Assembly (NCBI GenBank): GCA_040954595.2
Contig: CM082581.2
Span: 1,418,699 to 1,482,698, forward strand
DNA: 64,000 nucleotides
Source: Balanoglossus misakiensis
Lineage: Eukaryota > Animalia > Hemichordata
Reading direction: 5' to 3'
Below are positions 1 through 15,082 of this stretch, one piece after another. The notes under the pieces are model-generated. The model had not been told where the DNA came from and ran no database searches. It worked only from the letters and a program-made list of their open reading frames with translations. A program made the position numbers and the translations under genes. The number at the start of each line of letters is the position of its first letter. Positions within the stretch are counted from its first letter, which is position 1.

Positions 1-3000
1 TTGATGATTTTCCCCCATGTTTTTTTTTTTAAATGGACGAAATTTTGAGATTTTGCAAAGACGAAAATTTGTTATTTTTTGATGATTTTCACCCATGATT
101 TTTTCAAAAATTGACGAAATTTTGTGATTTTGCAAAGTCGAAAATTTGTCATTTTTGATGATTTTCACACATGATTTTTTTCAAAAATCGACGAAATTGT
201 GAGATTTTGCAAAGACGAAAATTTGTCATTTTTTGATGATTTTCACCCATGATTTTTTTTCAAAAAACGACGAAATTTTGAGATTTTGCAAAGAGGAAAA
301 TTTGTCATTTTTTCTTGATTTTCACCCATGATTTTTTTCAAAAATCGACGAAATTTTGAGATTTTGCAAAGAGGAAAATTTGTCATTTTTTCATGATTTT
401 CCCCCATGATTTTTTTCAAAAATCGACGAAAATTTGAGATTTTGCAAAGACGAAAATTTGTCATTTTTGATGATTTTTACCCATGATTTTTTTTCAAAAA
501 TGGACGAAATTTTGAGATTTTGCAAAGACGAAAATTTGTCATTTTTTGATGATTTTCCCCCATGTTTTTTTTTTTAAATGGACGAAATTTTGAGATTTTG
601 CAAAGACGAAAATTTGTCATTTTTTGATGATTTTTACCCATGATTTTTTTTCAAAAATGGACGAAATTTTGAGATTTTGCCAAGTCGAAAATTTGTTATT
701 TTTTGATGATTTTCACCCATGTCTTTTTTTAAAAATCGACGAAATTTTGAGATTTTGCAGAGGAAAATTTGTCATTTGTTCATGATTTTCCCCCATGATT
801 TTTTTCAAAAATCGACGAAATTTTGAGATTTTGCAAAGTCGACGAAAATGTGTCATTTTTTGATGATTTTTACCCATGATTTTTTTTCAAAAATGGACGA
901 AATTTTGAGGTTTTGCAAAGTCGAAAATTTGTCATTTTTTGATGATTTTCACACATGATTTTTTTCAAAAATGGACGAAATTTTGAGATTTTGCAAAGTC
1001 GAAAATTTGTCATTTTTTGATGATTTTCCCCCATGATTTTTTTTCAAAAATGGACGAAATTTTGAGATTTTGCAAAGACGAAAATTTGTCATTTTTTGAT
1101 GATTTTCACCCATGATTTTTTTTCAAAAATCGACGAAATTTTGAGATTTTGCAAAGTCGAAAATGTGTCATTTTTTGATGATTTTCACCCGTTTTTTTTC
1201 AAAATTTGTCATTTTTTGATGATTTTCACCCATGATTTTTTTTCAAAAATCGACGAAATTTTGAGATTTTGCAAAGTCGAAAATGTGTCATTTTTTGATG
1301 ATTTTCACCCATGATTTTTTTCAAAAATCGACGAAATTTTGAGATTTTGCGAAGTCGAAAATTTGTCATTTTTTGATGATTTTCACCCATGATTTTTTTC
1401 AAAAATCGACGAAATGTTGAGATTTTGCAAAGTCGAAAATTTGTCATTTTTTGATGATTTTCACCCATGATTTTTTTCAAAAATCGACGAAATGTTGAGA
1501 TTTTGCAAAGTCGAAAATTTTGTCATTTTTTGATGATTTTCAACCATGATTTTTTTCAAAAATCGACTAAATGTTGAGATTTTGCAAAGTCGAAAATGTG
1601 TCATTTTTTGATGATTTTCACCCGTTTTTTTTTCAAAATTTGTCATTTTTTCATGATTTTCAACCATGATTTTTTTTCAAAAATCGACGAAATTTTGTGA
1701 TTTTACAAAGTCGAAAATTTTGTCATTTTTTGATGATTTTCAACCATGATTTTTTTTCAAAAATCGACGAAAATTTGAGATTTTGCAAAGACGAAAATTT
1801 GTCATTTTTGATGATTTTTACCCATGATTTTTTTTCAAAAATGGACGAAATTTTGAGATTTTGCAAAGACGAAAATTTGTCATTTTTTGATGATTTTCAC
1901 CCATGATTTTTTTTCAAAAATCGACGAAATTTTGAGATTTTGCAAAGTCGTAAATGTGTCATTTTTTGATGATTTTCACCAGTTTTTTTTTTCAAAATTT
2001 GTCATTTTTTCATGATTTTCCCCCATGATTTTTTTCAAAAATCGACGAAAATTTGAGATTTTGCAGAGACGAAAATTTGTCATTTTTTATGATTTTTACC
2101 CATGATTTTTTTTCAAAAATGGACGAAATTTTGAGATTTTGCAAATACGAAAATTTGTCATTTTTTGATGATTTTCACCCATGATTTTTTTTCAAAAAAC
2201 GACGAAATTTTGAGATTTTGCAAAGAGGAAAATTTGTCATTTTTTCATGATTTTCACCCATGATTTTTTTCAAAAATCGACGAAATTTTGAGATTTTGCA
2301 AAGAGGAAAATTTGTCATTTTTTCATGATTTTCCCCCATGATTTTTTTCAAAAATCGACGAAAATTTGAGATTTTGCAAAGACGAAAATTTGTCATTTTT
2401 GATGATTTTACCCATGATTTTTTTTCAAAAATGGACGAAATTTTGAGATTTTGCAAAGACGAAAATTTGTCATTTTTTGATGATTTTCACCAATGATTTT
2501 TGTTCAAAAAACGACGAAATTTTGAGATTTTGCAGAGGAAAATGTGTCATTTTTTGATGATTTTCACCCGTTTTTTTTTTCAAAATTTGTCATTTTTTGA
2601 TGATTTTCTCCCATGATTTTTTTCAAAAATTGACGAAATTTTGAGATTTTGCAAAGTCGAAAATTTGTCATTTTTTGATGATTTTCACCCATGTTTTTTT
2701 TCAAAAATCGACGAAATTTTGAGATTTTGCAAAGTCGAAAATTTGTCATTTTTTGATGATTTTCCCCCATGTTTTTTTTTTTAAATGGACGAAATTTTGA
2801 GATTTTGCAAAGACGAAAATTTGTTATTTTTTGATGATTTTCACCCATGATTTTTTCAAAAATTGACGAAATTTTGTGATTTTGCAAAGTCGAAAATTTG
2901 TCATTTTTGATGATTTTCAACCATGATTTTTTTTCAAAAATCGACGAAAATTTGAGATTTTGCAAAGACGAAAATTTGTCATTTTTGATGATTTTTACCC

Positions 3001-6000
3001 ATGATTTTTTTTCAAAAATGGACGAAATTTTGAGATTTTGCAAAGACGAAAATTTGTCATTTTTTGATGATTTTCACCCATGATTTTTTTTCAAAAATCG
3101 ACGAAATTTTGAGATTTTGCAAAGTCGTAAATGTGTCATTTTTTGATGATTTTCACCAGTTTTTTTTTTCAAAATTTGTCATTTTTTCATGATTTTCCCC
3201 CATGATTTTTTTCAAAAATCGACGAAAATTTGAGATTTTGCAGAGACGAAAATTTGTCATTTTTTATGATTTTTACCCATGATTTTTTTTCAAAAATGGA
3301 CGAAATTTTGAGATTTTGCAAATACGAAAATTTGTCATTTTTTGATGATTTTCACCCATGATTTTTTTTCAAAAAACGACGAAATTTTGAGATTTTGCAA
3401 AGAGGAAAATTTGTCATTTTTTCATGATTTTCACCCATGATTTTTTTCAAAAATCGACGAAATTTTGAGATTTTGCAAAGAGGAAAATTTGTCATTTTTT
3501 CATGATTTTCCCCCATGATTTTTTTCAAAAATCGACGAAAATTTGAGATTTTGCAAAGACGAAAATTTGTCATTTTTGATGATTTTACCCATGATTTTTT
3601 TTCAAAAATGGACGAAATTTTGAGATTTTGCAAAGACGAAAATTTGTCATTTTTTGATGATTTTCACCAATGATTTTTGTTCAAAAAACGACGAAATTTT
3701 GAGATTTTGCAGAGGAAAATGTGTCATTTTTTGATGATTTTCACCCGTTTTTTTTTTCAAAATTTGTCATTTTTTGATGATTTTCTCCCATGATTTTTTT
3801 CAAAAATTGACGAAATTTTGAGATTTTGCAAAGTCGAAAATTTGTCATTTTTTGATGATTTTCACCCATGTTTTTTTTCAAAAATCGACGAAATTTTGAG
3901 ATTTTGCAAAGTCGAAAATTTGTCATTTTTTGATGATTTTCCCCCATGTTTTTTTTTTTAAATGGACGAAATTTTGAGATTTTGCAAAGACGAAAATTTG
4001 TTATTTTTTGATGATTTTCACCCATGATTTTTTCAAAAATTGACGAAATTTTGTGATTTTGCAAAGTCGAAAATTTGTCATTTTTGATGATTTTCACACA
4101 TGATTTTTTTCAAAAATCGACGAAATTGTGAGATTTTGCAAAGACGAAAATTTGTCATTTTTTGATGATTTTCACCCATGATTTTTTTTCAAAAAACGAC
4201 GAAATTTTGAGATTTTGCAAAGAGGAAAATTTGTCATTTTTTCTTGATTTTCACCCATGATTTTTTTCAAAAATCGACGAAATTTTGAGATTTTGCAAAG
4301 AGGAAAATTTGTCATTTTTTCATGATTTTCCCCCATGATTTTTTTCAAAAATCGACGAAAATTTGAGATTTTGCAAAGACGAAAATTTGTCATTTTTGAT
4401 GATTTTTACCCATGATTTTTTTTCAAAAATGGACGAAATTTTGAGATTTTGCAAAGACGAAAATTTGTCATTTTTTGATGATTTTCCCCCATGTTTTTTT
4501 TTTTAAATGGACGAAATTTTGAGATTTTGCAAAGACGAAAATTTGTCATTTTTTGATGATTTTTACCCATGATTTTTTTTCAAAAATGGACGAAATTTTG
4601 AGATTTTGCCAAGTCGAAAATTTGTTATTTTTTGATGATTTTCACCCATGTCTTTTTTTAAAAATCGACGAAATTTTGAGATTTTGCAGAGGAAAATTTG
4701 TCATTTGTTCATGATTTTCCCCCATGATTTTTTTCAAAAATCGACGAAATTTTGAGATTTTGCAAAGTCGACGAAAATGTGTCATTTTTTGATGATTTTT
4801 ACCCATGATTTTTTTTCAAAAATGGACGAAATTTTGAGGTTTTGCAAAGTCGAAAATTTGTCATTTTTTGATGATTTTCACACATGATTTTTTTCAAAAA
4901 TGGACGAAATTTTGAGATTTTGCAAAGTCGAAAATTTGTCATTTTTTGATGATTTTCCCCCATGATTTTTTTTCAAAAATGGACGAAATTTTGAGATTTT
5001 GCAAAGACGAAAATTTGTCATTTTTTGATGATTTTCACCCATGATTTTTTTTCAAAAATCGACGAAATTTTGAGATTTTGCAAAGTCGAAAATTTGTCAT
5101 TTTTTGATGATTTTCACCCGTTTTTTTTCAAAATTTGTCATTTTTTGATGATTTTCACCCATGATTTTTTTTCAAAAATGGACGAAATTTTGAGATTTTG
5201 CAAAGTCGAAAATTTGTCATTTTTTGATGATTTTCACCCATGATTTTTTTTCAAAAAACGACGAAATTTTGAGATTTTGCAAAGAGGAAAATTTGTCATT
5301 TTTTCATGATTTTCACCCATGATTTTTTTCAAAAATCGACGAAATTTTGAGATTTTGCAAAGAGGAAAATTTGTCATTTTTTCATGATTTTCCCCCATGA
5401 TTTTTTTCAAAAATCGACGAAAATTTGAGATTTTGCAAAGACGAAAATTTGTCATTTTTGATGATTTTACCCATGATTTTTTTTCAAAAATGGACGAAAT
5501 TTTGAGATTTTGCAAAGACGAAAATTTGTCATTTTTTGATGATTTTCACCAATGATTTTTGTTCAAAAAACGACGAAATTTTGAGATTTTGCAGAGGAAA
5601 ATGTGTCATTTTTTGATGATTTTCACCCGTTTTTTTTTTCAAAATTTGTCATTTTTTGATGATTTTCTCCCATGATTTTTTTCAAAAATTGACGAAATTT
5701 TGAGATTTTGCAAAGTCGAAAATTTGTCATTTTTTGATGATTTTCACCCATGTTTTTTTTCAAAAATCGACGAAATTTTGAGATTTTGCAAAGTCGAAAA
5801 TTTGTCATTTTTTGATGATTTTCCCCCATGTTTTTTTTTTTAAATGGACGAAATTTTGAGATTTTGCAAAGACGAAAATTTGTTATTTTTTGATGATTTT
5901 CACCCATGATTTTTTCAAAAATTGACGAAATTTTGTGATTTTGCAAAGTCGAAAATTTGTCATTTTTGATGATTTTCACACATGATTTTTTTCAAAAATC

Positions 6001-9000
6001 GACGAAATTGTGAGATTTTGCAAAGACGAAAATTTGTTATTTTTTGATGATTTTCACCCATGATTTTTTTTCAAAAAACGACGAAATTTTGAGATTTTGC
6101 AAAGAGGAAAATTTGTCATTTTTTCTTGATTTTCACCCATGATTTTTTTCAAAAATCGACGAAATTTTGAGATTTTGCAAAGAGGAAAATTTGTCATTTT
6201 TTCATGATTTTCCCCCATGATTTTTTTCAAAAATCGACGAAAATTTGAGATTTTGCAAAGACGAAAATTTGTCATTTTTGATGATTTTTACCCATGATTT
6301 TTTTTCAAAAATGGACGAAATTTTGAGATTTTGCAAAGACGAAAATTTGTCATTTTTTGATGATTTTCCCCCATGTTTTTTTTTTTAAATGGACGAAATT
6401 TTGAGATTTTGCAAAGACGAAAATTTGTCATTTTTTGATGATTTTTACCCATGATTTTTTTTCAAAAATGGACGAAATTTTGAGATTTTGCCAAGTCGAA
6501 AATTTGTTATTTTTTGATGATTTTCACCCATGTCTTTTTTTAAAAATCGACGAAATTTTGAGATTTTGCAGAGGAAAATTTGTCATTTGTTCATGATTTT
6601 CCCCCATGATTTTTTTCAAAAATCGACGAAATTTTGAGATTTTGCAAAGTCGACGAAAATGTGTCATTTTTTGATGATTTTTACCCATGATTTTTTTTCA
6701 AAAATGGACGAAATTTTGAGGTTTTGCAAAGTCGAAAATTTGTCATTTTTTGATGATTTTCACACATGATTTTTTTCAAAAATGGACGAAATTTTGAGAT
6801 TTTGCAAAGTCGAAAATTTGTCATTTTTTGATGATTTTCCCCCATGATTTTTTTTCAAAAATGGACGAAATTTTGAGATTTTGCAAAGACGAAAATTTGT
6901 CATTTTTTGATGATTTTCACCCATGATTTTTTTTCAAAAATCGACGAAATTTTGAGATTTTGCAAAGTCGAAAATGTGTCATTTTTTGATGATTTTCACC
7001 CGTTTTTTTTCAAAATTTGTCATTTTTTGATGATTTTCACCCATGATTTTTTTTCAAAAATCGACGAAATTTTGAGATTTTGCAAAGTCGAAAATGTGTC
7101 ATTTTTTGATGATTTTCACCCATGATTTTTTTCAAAAATCGACGAAATTTTGAGATTTTGCGAAGTCGAAAATTTGTCATTTTTTGATGATTTTCACCCA
7201 TGATTTTTTTCAAAAATCGACGAAATGTTGAGATTTTGCAAAGTCGAAAATTTGTCATTTTTTGATGATTTTCACCCATGATTTTTTTCAAAAATCGACG
7301 AAATGTTGAGATTTTGCAAAGTCGAAAATTTTGTCATTTTTTGATGATTTTCAACCATGATTTTTTTCAAAAATCGACTAAATGTTGAGATTTTGCAAAG
7401 TCGAAAATGTGTCATTTTTTGATGATTTTCACCCGTTTTTTTTTCAAAATTTGTCATTTTTTCATGATTTTCAACCATGATTTTTTTTCAAAAATCGACG
7501 AAATTTTGTGATTTTACAAAGTCGAAAATTTTGTCATTTTTTGATGATTTTCAACCATGATTTTTTTTCAAAAATCGACGAAAATTTGAGATTTTGCAAA
7601 GACGAAAATTTGTCATTTTTGATGATTTTTACCCATGATTTTTTTTCAAAAATGGACGAAATTTTGAGATTTTGCAAAGACGAAAATTTGTCATTTTTTG
7701 ATGATTTTCACCCATGATTTTTTTTCAAAAATCGACGAAATTTTGAGATTTTGCAAAGTCGTAAATGTGTCATTTTTTGATGATTTTCACCAGTTTTTTT
7801 TTTCAAAATTTGTCATTTTTTCATGATTTTCCCCCATGATTTTTTTCAAAAATCGACGAAAATTTGAGATTTTGCAGAGACGAAAATTTGTCATTTTTTA
7901 TGATTTTTACCCATGATTTTTTTTCAAAAATGGACGAAATTTTGAGATTTTGCAAATACGAAAATTTGTCATTTTTTGATGATTTTCACCCATGATTTTT
8001 TTTCAAAAAACGACGAAATTTTGAGATTTTGCAAAGAGGAAAATTTGTCATTTTTTCATGATTTTCACCCATGATTTTTTTCAAAAATCGACGAAATTTT
8101 GAGATTTTGCAAAGAGGAAAATTTGTCATTTTTTCATGATTTTCCCCCATGATTTTTTTCAAAAATCGACGAAAATTTGAGATTTTGCAAAGACGAAAAT
8201 TTGTCATTTTTGATGATTTTACCCATGATTTTTTTTCAAAAATGGACGAAATTTTGAGATTTTGCAAAGACGAAAATTTGTCATTTTTTGATGATTTTCA
8301 CCAATGATTTTTGTTCAAAAAACGACGAAATTTTGAGATTTTGCAGAGGAAAATGTGTCATTTTTTGATGATTTTCACCCGTTTTTTTTTTCAAAATTTG
8401 TCATTTTTTGATGATTTTCTCCCATGATTTTTTTCAAAAATTGACGAAATTTTGAGATTTTGCAAAGTCGAAAATTTGTCATTTTTTGATGATTTTCACC
8501 CATGTTTTTTTTCAAAAATCGACGAAATTTTGAGATTTTGCAAAGTCGAAAATTTGTCATTTTTTGATGATTTTCCCCCATGTTTTTTTTTTTAAATGGA
8601 CGAAATTTTGAGATTTTGCAAAGACGAAAATTTGTTATTTTTTGATGATTTTCACCCATGATTTTTTCAAAAATTGACGAAATTTTGTGATTTTGCAAAG
8701 TCGAAAATTTGTCATTTTTGATGATTTTCAACCATGATTTTTTTTCAAAAATCGACGAAAATTTGAGATTTTGCAAAGACGAAAATTTGTCATTTTTGAT
8801 GATTTTTACCCATGATTTTTTTTCAAAAATGGACGAAATTTTGAGATTTTGCAAAGACGAAAATTTGTCATTTTTTGATGATTTTCACCCATGATTTTTT
8901 TTCAAAAATCGACGAAATTTTGAGATTTTGCAAAGTCGTAAATGTGTCATTTTTTGATGATTTTCACCAGTTTTTTTTTTCAAAATTTGTCATTTTTTCA

Positions 9001-12000
9001 TGATTTTCCCCCATGATTTTTTTCAAAAATCGACGAAAATTTGAGATTTTGCAGAGACGAAAATTTGTCATTTTTTATGATTTTTACCCATGATTTTTTT
9101 TCAAAAATGGACGAAATTTTGAGATTTTGCAAATACGAAAATTTGTCATTTTTTGATGATTTTCACCCATGATTTTTTTTCAAAAAACGACGAAATTTTG
9201 AGATTTTGCAAAGAGGAAAATTTGTCATTTTTTCATGATTTTCACCCATGATTTTTTTCAAAAATCGACGAAATTTTGAGATTTTGCAAAGAGGAAAATT
9301 TGTCATTTTTTCATGATTTTCCCCCATGATTTTTTTCAAAAATCGACGAAAATTTGAGATTTTGCAAAGACGAAAATTTGTCATTTTTGATGATTTTACC
9401 CATGATTTTTTTTCAAAAATGGACGAAATTTTGAGATTTTGCAAAGACGAAAATTTGTCATTTTTTGATGATTTTCACCAATGATTTTTGTTCAAAAAAC
9501 GACGAAATTTTGAGATTTTGCAGAGGAAAATGTGTCATTTTTTGATGATTTTCACCCGTTTTTTTTTTCAAAATTTGTCATTTTTTGATGATTTTCTCCC
9601 ATGATTTTTTTCAAAAATTGACGAAATTTTGAGATTTTGCAAAGTCGAAAATTTGTCATTTTTTGATGATTTTCACCCATGTTTTTTTTCAAAAATCGAC
9701 GAAATTTTGAGATTTTGCAAAGTCGAAAATTTGTCATTTTTTGATGATTTTCCCCCATGTTTTTTTTTTTAAATGGACGAAATTTTGAGATTTTGCAAAG
9801 ACGAAAATTTGTTATTTTTTGATGATTTTCACCCATGATTTTTTCAAAAATTGACGAAATTTTGTGATTTTGCAAAGTCGAAAATTTGTCATTTTTGATG
9901 ATTTTCACACATGATTTTTTTCAAAAATCGACGAAATTGTGAGATTTTGCAAAGACGAAAATTTGTCATTTTTTGATGATTTTCACCCATGATTTTTTTT
10001 CAAAAAACGACGAAATTTTGAGATTTTGCAAAGAGGAAAATTTGTCATTTTTTCTTGATTTTCACCCATGATTTTTTTCAAAAATCGACGAAATTTTGAG
10101 ATTTTGCAAAGAGGAAAATTTGTCATTTTTTCATGATTTTCCCCCATGATTTTTTTCAAAAATCGACGAAAATTTGAGATTTTGCAAAGACGAAAATTTG
10201 TCATTTTTGATGATTTTTACCCATGATTTTTTTTCAAAAATGGACGAAATTTTGAGATTTTGCAAAGACGAAAATTTGTCATTTTTGATGATTTTCCCCC
10301 ATGTTTTTTTTTTTAAATGGACGAAATTTTGAGATTTTGCAAAGACGAAAATTTGTCATTTTTTGATGATTTTTACCCATGATTTTTTTTCAAAAATGGA
10401 CGAAATTTTGAGATTTTGCCAAGTCGAAAATTTGTTATTTTTTGATGATTTTCACCCATGTCTTTTTTTAAAAATCGACGAAATTTTGAGATTTTGCAGA
10501 GGAAAATTTGTCATTTGTTCATGATTTTCCCCCATGATTTTTTTCAAAAATCGACGAAATTTTGAGATTTTGCAAAGTCGACGAAAATGTGTCATTTTTT
10601 GATGATTTTTACCCATGATTTTTTTTCAAAAATGGACGAAATTTTGAGGTTTTGCAAAGTCGAAAATTTGTCATTTTTTGATGATTTTCACACATGATTT
10701 TTTTCAAAAATGGACGAAATTTTGAGATTTTGCAAAGTCGAAAATTTGTCATTTTTTGATGATTTTCCCCCATGATTTTTTTTCAAAAATGGACGAAATT
10801 TTGAGATTTTGCAAAGACGAAAATTTGTCATTTTTTGATGATTTTCACCCATGATTTTTTTTCAAAAATCGACGAAATTTTGAGATTTTGCAAAGTCGAA
10901 AATGTGTCATTTTTTGATGATTTTCACCCGTTTTTTTTCAAAATTTGTCATTTTTTGATGATTTTCACCCATGATTTTTTTTCAAAAATCGACGAAATTT
11001 TGAGATTTTGCAAAGTCGAAAATGTGTCATTTTTTGATGATTTTCACCCATGATTTTTTTCAAAAATCGACGAAATTTTGAGATTTTGCGAAGTCGAAAA
11101 TTTGTCATTTTTTGATGATTTTCACCCATGATTTTTTTCAAAAATCGACGAAATGTTGAGATTTTGCAAAGTCGAAAATTTGTCATTTTTTGATGATTTT
11201 CACCCATGATTTTTTTCAAAAATCGACGAAATGTTGAGATTTTGCAAAGTCGAAAATTTTGTCATTTTTTGATGATTTTCAACCATGATTTTTTTCAAAA
11301 ATCGACTAAATGTTGAGATTTTGCAAAGTCGAAAATGTGTCATTTTTTGATGATTTTCACCCGTTTTTTTTTCAAAATTTGTCATTTTTTCATGATTTTC
11401 AACCATGATTTTTTTTCAAAAATCGACGAAATTTTGTGATTTTACAAAGTCGAAAATTTTGTCATTTTTTGATGATTTTCAACCATGATTTTTTTTCAAA
11501 AATCGACGAAAATTTGAGATTTTGCAAAGACGAAAATTTGTCATTTTTGATGATTTTTACCCATGATTTTTTTTCAAAAATGGACGAAATTTTGAGATTT
11601 TGCAAAGACGAAAATTTGTCATTTTTTGATGATTTTCACCCATGATTTTTTTTCAAAAATCGACGAAATTTTGAGATTTTGCAAAGTCGTAAATGTGTCA
11701 TTTTTTGATGATTTTCACCAGTTTTTTTTTTCAAAATTTGTCATTTTTTCATGATTTTCAACCATGATTTTTTTTCAAAAATCGACGAAAATTTGAGATT
11801 TTGCAGAGACGAAAATTTGTCATTTTTGATGATTTTTACCCATGATTTTTTTTCAAAAATGGACGAAATTTTGAGATTTTGCAAATACGAAAATTTGTCA
11901 TTTTTTGATGATTTTCACCCATGATTTTTTTTCAAAAATCGACGAAATTTTGAGATTTTGCAGAGAGGAAAATTTGTCATTTTTTCATGATTTTCACCCA

Positions 12001-15000
12001 TGATTTTTTTCAAAAATCGACGAAATTTTGAGATTTTGCAAAGTCGAAAATTTGTCATTTTTTGATGATTTTCACCCATGATTTTTTCAAAAATCGACGA
12101 AATTTTTAGATTTTGCAAAGTCGAACATTTGTCATTTTTTGATGATTTTTACCCATTTTTTTATTTAAAAAAATCGACGAACCCATGATTTTTTTCAAAA
12201 CCGACGAAATTTTGAGATTTTGCAAAGTCGAAAATTTGTCATTTTTTGATGATTTTCACCCATGATTTTTTTCAAAAATCGACGAAATTTTGAGATTTTG
12301 CAGTCAAAAATTTGTCATTTTTTGATGATTTTCACCCATATTATTTTTCAAAAACCGACGAAATTTTGAGATTTTGCAAAGACGAAAATTTGTCATTTTT
12401 TGATGATTTACACCCATGATTTTTTCAAAAATTGACGAAATTTTGAGATTTTGCAAAGTCGAAAATTTGTCATTTTTTGATGATTTTCACCCATGATTTT
12501 TTTCAAAAATCGACGAAATTTTGAGATTTTGCAAAGTCGAAAATTTGTCATTTTTTGATGATTTTCCCCCGTTTTTTTTTTAAAATGGACGAAAACTTGA
12601 GATTTTGCAAATACGAAAATTTGTCATTTTTTGATGATTTTCACCCATGATTTTTTCAAAAATTGACGAAATTTTGAGATTTTGCAAAGTCGAAAATTTG
12701 TCATTTTTTGATGATTTTCACACATGATTTTTTTCAAAAATCGACGAAATTTTGAGATTTTGCAAAGACGAAAATTTGTCATTTTTTGATGATTTTCACC
12801 CATGATTTTTTTTCAAAAATCGACGAAATTTTGAGATTTTGCAGAGAGGAAAATTTGTCATTTTTTCATGATTTTCCCCCATGATTTTTTTCAAAAATCG
12901 ACGAAATTTTGAGATTTTGCAAAGTCGAAAATTTGTCATTTTTTGATGATTTTCACCCATGATTTTTTCAAAAATTGACGAAATGTTGAGATTTTGCAAA
13001 GTCGAAAATTTGTCATTTTTTGATGATTTTCACCCATGATTTTTTTCAAAAATGGACGAAATTTTGAGACTTTGCAAAGACGAAAATTTGTCATTTTTTG
13101 ATGATTTTCACCCATGATTTTTTTTCAAAAATCGACGAAATTTTGAGATTTTGCAAAGAGGAAAATTTGTCATTTTTTCATGATTTTCCCCCATGATTTT
13201 TTTCAAAAATCGACGAAATTTTGAGATTTTGCAAAGTCGAAAATTTTGTCATTTTTTGATGATTTTCACCCATGATTTTTTTTCAAAAATCGACGAAATT
13301 TTGAGATTTTGCAAAGATGAAAATTTGTCATTTTTGATGATTTTTACCCATAATTTTTGTTCAGAAATGGACGAAATTTTGAGATTTTGCAAAGACGAAA
13401 ATTTGTCATTTTTTGATGATTTTCACCCATGATTTTTTTTCAAAAAACGACGAAATTTTGAGATTTTGCAGAGGAAAATGTGTCATTTTTTGATGATTTT
13501 CACCCGTTTTTTTTTTCAAAATTTGTCATTTTTGATGATTTTCACCCATGTTTTTTTTTTAAAAATCGACGAACCTATGATTTTTTTCAAAATCGACGAA
13601 ATTTTGTGATTTTACAAAGTCGAAAATTTTGTCATTTTTTGATGATTTTCAACCATGATTTTTTTTCAAAAATCGACGAAAATTTGAGATTTTGCAAAGA
13701 CGAAAATTTGTCATTTTTGATGATTTTTACCCATGATTTTTTTTCAAAAATGGACGAAATTTTGAGATTTTGCAAAGACGAAAATTTGTCATTTTTTGAT
13801 GATTTTCACCCATGATTTTTTTTCAAAAATCGACGAAATTTTGAGATTTTGCAGAGAGGAAAATTTGTCATTTTTTCATGATTTTCCCCCATGATTTTTT
13901 TCAAAAATCGACGAAATTTTGAGATTTTGCAAAGTCGAAAATTTGTCATTTTTTGATGATTTTCACCCATGATTTTTTCAAAAATTGACGAAATGTTGAG
14001 ATTTTGCAAAGTCGAAAATTTGTCATTTTTTGATGATTTTCACCCATGATTTTTTTCAAAAATGGACGAAATTTTGAGATTTTGCAAAGACGAAAATTTG
14101 TCATTTTTTGATGATTTTCACCCATGATTTTTTTTCAAAAATCGACGAAATTTTGAGATTTTGCAAAGAGGAAAATTTGTCATTTTTTCATGATTTTCCC
14201 CCATGATTTTTTTCAAAAATCGACGAAATTTTGAGATTTTGCAAAGTCGAAAATTTTGTCATTTTTTGATGATTTTCACCCATGATTTTTTTTCAAAAAT
14301 CGACGAAATTTTGAGATTTTGCAAAGTCGAAAATGTGTCATTTTTTGATGATTTTCACCCGTTTTTTTTTCAAAATTTGTCATTTTTTGATGATTTTTAC
14401 CCATGATTTTTTTTCAAAAATGGACGAAATTTTGAGATTTTGCAAAGTCGAAAATTTGTTATTTTTTGATGATTTTCACCCATGTCTTTTTTTAAAAATC
14501 GACGAAATTTTGAGATTTTGCAAAGAGGAAAATTTGTCATTTTTTTCATGATTTTCCCCCATGATTTTTTTCAAAAATCGACGAAATTTTGAGATTTTGC
14601 AAAGTCGAAAATTTGTCATTTTTTGATGATTTTCACCCATGTCTTTTTTCAAAAATCGAAAAAATTTTGAGATTTTGCAAAGTCGAAAATTTGTCATTTT
14701 TTGATGATTTTCACCCATGATTTTCTTCAAAAATCGACGAAATTTTGAGATTTTGCAAAGTCGAAAATTTGTCATTTTTTGATGATTTTCACCTATGATT
14801 TTTTTCAAAAATCAACAAAATTTTGAGATTTTGCAAAGTCGAAAATTTGTCATTTTTTTGATGATTTTCACCCATGATTTTATTCAAAAATCGACGAAAT
14901 TTTGAGATTTTGCAAAGTCGAAAATTTGTCATTTTTGATGATTTTCACCCATGATTTTTTTTCAAAAATGGACGAAATTTTGAGATTTTGCAAAGACGAA

Positions 15001-15082
15001 AATTTGTCATTTTTTGATGCATTTTCACCCATGATTTTTTTTCAAAAATCGACGAAATTTTGAGATTTTGCAAAGTCGAAAA
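1..15082. repeat. AT-rich tandem satellite, ~78-bp monomer plus a ~41-43-bp short variant, organised as higher-order repeats; runs off the left edge of the window
   Basis: The consensus gatgattttcacccatgatttttttcaaaaatcgacgaaattttgagattttgcaaagtcgaaaatttgtcatttttt repeats throughout (cccATG at 1311 and 1389, 78 bp apart). Identical ORFs recur at offsets of 5811, 3929, 1882 and 1177 bp. The array ends abruptly at ...caaagtcgaaaa|caagc. Confidence 0.98.

Noticed and set aside
243-14808. Dozens of K/F-rich ORFs (MTNFRLCKISKFRRFLKK...)
   Set aside because: They are translations of the 78-bp satellite, constantly frameshifted by variable T-run lengths.
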